This document shows, one piece after another, positions 62,124-64,000 of a DNA stretch of 64,000 nt. This DNA is from Planctomycetota bacterium (GTDB taxonomy: Bacteria > Planctomycetota > JAZDJP01): the NCBI GenBank assembly GCA_043803805.1, contig JAZDJP010000084.1, positions 121,462 to 185,461 of the forward strand. Reading direction: 5' to 3'. How positions within the stretch are numbered: the first letter of the stretch is position 1; each line of letters opens with the position of its first letter. The translations under genes and the position numbers were made by a program. Below the pieces are notes generated by a model. It did not search any database. It was not told the origin of the DNA and saw nothing but the letters and a program-made list of their open reading frames with translations.

Positions 62124-64000
62124 TCAAGACGCCGTTTCATCCGCTTCGCATTTTCGCATGGGCGCGAATCCGGTCACGAGCCGCTTTTCCCCGTGGCCGC
62201 GGAACCGGATGCGCACCTTCGCCCTGGCTCCAAATCCCTCGACCGTGAGGATCCGGCCGAAGCCGTATATGTCATGGCGGACGAGATCTCCGACACGGTA
62301 GGCGTTTTCGTCCTCGACGTCGTCCAGAGCCAGGGAATCGCGGTGGATCTCCGGCGGTTGGGACGCGGGCGTATCGAGTCCCGGGAAGGGGTCGGCGAGA
62401 TCCTGGAGATCGAGTTCCTCCCGGGGGAGTTCCCGCAGAAAACGCGACTCGGGGTTCCGGAATCCGCCGCCGCCGAACCGGTCGCGCGTCACCGCGAAGG
62501 TGAGGGCGAGGTGCTGTTTCGCCCGGGTCATCCCGACGAACAACAACCGGCGCTCCTCCTCGATCTCGACGTCGGAATTCACCGATCGGGAATGCGGGAG
62601 AAGGCCCTCCTCGAGTCCCGTGACGAAGACCGCGGGGAATTCCAGCCCTTTCGACGTGTGGAGGGTCATGAGGGACACCGCCGGGGCGTCCGGGTCCAGT
62701 TTGTCCGCGTCCGAGACAAGCGTCACGACGTCCAGAAATCCCTCGATTCCGGCCTCGGGGTTCTGCCGCTCGAACTCCTCGCAGGCGCGGACGAGTTCCC
62801 GGACGTTCTCCACGCGGTCCTCCGCGGCGGCATCCCCGAATTCCTTCAGGTATTTCTCGAATTCCGTCTCCTGGAGGATCTGCTTGAGGAGGAGGGAAGG
62901 CCCCTTGTCGCGTCCCACGCCGAGTTTCACGAGGAGATTGTCAAGGGCGGCGGCGGCCTTGACGGCGGAGGATTTCAGCCCCTCGACCCGGCGGACCTGG
63001 GGGATCGCCGCGCGCAGGGGAATGCCCGTTGCGGCGGCGTGACGCTTCAAGGCCTCCACCGAGGTCTTCCCGATGCCGCGGGTGGGGACGTTGATGATCC
63101 GTTCCATGGCCAGGTCGTCCGCCGGATTCACCAGGCACCGGAGGTACGCGAGGAGATCCTTGATTTCCCGGCGGTGGTAGAATTCGGTGCCGCCGATGAT
63201 GCGGTAGGGGATGCCGGAATCGCGCAGGCCCTCTTCGAGCGACCGCGACTGGGCGTTTGTCCGGTAGAACACGGCGATGCCGGAGGGCGGGATCCCGGCG
63301 GAAAGGAATCCCGCGACGCGTTCGGCGATGACGCGCGATTCATGTCGGGCGTCCTGACAGCGGAGGACCTCGACGGGGGCGCCCGTCTCGTTTTCGGTGA
63401 AGAGGGTCTTCTCCAGGCGGCCGGCGTTGTTCTCGATGAGGCGCTGGGCGGCGGCCAGGATTTTCGCGGTCGAGCGGTAATTCCGTTCGAGTTTCACCAC
63501 CTTCGTCTCGGGATAATCCTTTGTGAAATCGAGGATGTTCCCGAGGTCGGCCCCGCGCCAGCCGTAGATGGACTGGTCGGGATCCCCCGTGACGCAGAGG
63601 TTCCGGTGGGCCTCCGCCAGGCGTTGCGCGATGAGGTATTGGGGCCGGTTCGTGTCCTGATATTCGTCCACGAGGATGTAGCGGAAACGCGTCTGACAGG
63701 CGCGGAGGGCTTCCGGGTCCTTGTCGAACAGGATGAGGAGTTTCATGAGGAGGTCGTCGAAATCCAGGGCCTTGCGGGCGGCGAGGACTTCCTCGTAGCG
63801 GGCGTAGAGGCGGGCGATCAGACGGTCGGGATGACTCGCGGCGCGTTCGGCGAACTGCGCCGGGAGGACAAAGGCGGTTTTCGCCTGGCTGATGGCCTGG
63901 GCGGCGGCGGCGGGCTTGAGGGTCTCCGCCGGGATGTCGAAATCCTTCAGGATGTCCCGGAGGGTTCCGAGGGTGTCGTCGGTGTCGTAGATGGACAACT
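62124..64000 (-). CDS. ATP-dependent DNA helicase UvrD/PcrA family (partial; N-terminus beyond the window edge)
   Basis: UvrD motifs FRYILVDEYQDTN, VTGDPDQSIYGWRGA, ERNYRST, TLHTSKGLEFPAVFV and VGMTRAKQHL. The frame is open to the window end. Confidence 0.8.
   Translation of the reverse strand, partial: LSIYDTDDTLGTLRDILKDFDIPAETLKPAAAAQAISQAKTAFVLPAQFAERAASHPDRLIARLYARYEEVLAARKALDFDDLLMKLLILFDKDPEALRACQTRFRYILVDEYQDTNRPQYLIAQRLAEAHRNLCVTGDPDQSIYGWRGADLGNILDFTKDYPETKVVKLERNYRSTAKILAAAQRLIENNAGRLEKTLFTENETGAPVEVLRCQDARHESRVIAERVAGFLSAGIPPSGIAVFYRTNAQSRSLEEGLRDSGIPYRIIGGTEFYHRREIKDLLAYLRCLVNPADDLAMERIINVPTRGIGKTSVEALKRHAAATGIPLRAAIPQVRRVEGLKSSAVKAAAALDNLLVKLGVGRDKGPSLLLKQILQETEFEKYLKEFGDAAAEDRVENVRELVRACEEFERQNPEAGIEGFLDVVTLVSDADKLDPDAPAVSLMTLHTSKGLEFPAVFVTGLEEGLLPHSRSVNSDVEIEEERRLLFVGMTRAKQHLALTFAVTRDRFGGGGFRNPESRFLRELPREELDLQDLADPFPGLDTPASQPPEIHRDSLALDDVEDENAYRVGDLVRHDIYGFGRILTVEGFGARAKVRIRFRGHGEKRLVTGFAPMRKCEADETAS

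Overview
This is a high-GC bacterial chromosomal window, probably from the Planctomycetes/Verrucomicrobia/Lentisphaerae group. It mixes a housekeeping backbone with several visibly lower-GC accessory insertions. From 5' to 3', the window contains the following:

- **Edge gene (1-1203):** a partial DUF234-type AAA+ ATPase.
- **Exopolysaccharide cluster (1497-11566):** a PEP-CTERM/XrtA-style locus. It has an O-antigen-ligase-like protein, a PEP-CTERM-type polysaccharide deacetylase, a formyltransferase, a GT2, a second deacetylase, a polyprenyl-phosphate sugar transferase and a GT4.
- **Housekeeping genes:** queA, aroQ and accB.
- **Giant Rhs lipoprotein (13823-23314, 3163 aa):** Sec-type, carrying a low-GC DUF2235/Tle1-like lipase tip after the DPLGL cleavage motif, followed by a small lipoprotein that is the likely immunity gene.
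- **Low-GC 1880-aa protein (24053-29695):** DUF4011 plus a Upf1-like SF1 helicase, a Vsr/DUF559-like nuclease and DUF3320, resembling single-gene Hhe-type antiphage proteins. Together with the Rhs toxin/immunity pair this looks like a competition/defence island.
- **BNR-repeat gene (29840-32173):** a secreted protein bracketed by a ~100-bp duplicated gene leader.
- **Three translationally coupled genes (33802-40169):** a PQQ beta-propeller, a PEP-utilizing phosphotransferase and a membrane protein.
- **Metallophosphoesterase and transglutaminase-like genes (40180-43261).**
- **tRNA region (43360-44276):** a DTW/TapT gene abutting tRNA-fMet and tRNA-Phe.
- **Regulatory and transport genes (44425-55349):** an ECF sigma/anti-sigma pair, an AlgE-like outer-membrane protein, a ferric-reductase-like protein, a ModA-ModA-ModB-ModC transporter and a FtsX/ABC exporter.
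- **tRNA-Gln (55400-55470)** and a GH42-like secreted protein.
- **Small accessory islet (59943-62005):** a low-GC membrane protein, paired 27-bp palindromes fused to a truncated tyrosine-recombinase remnant, a PIN-like gene with a small partner ORF, and an orphan YD-repeat fragment.
- **Edge gene (62124-64000):** a partial UvrD/PcrA helicase.

No CRISPR array or rRNA was seen. Most long ORFs on the strand opposite the real genes are high-GC shadow ORFs.
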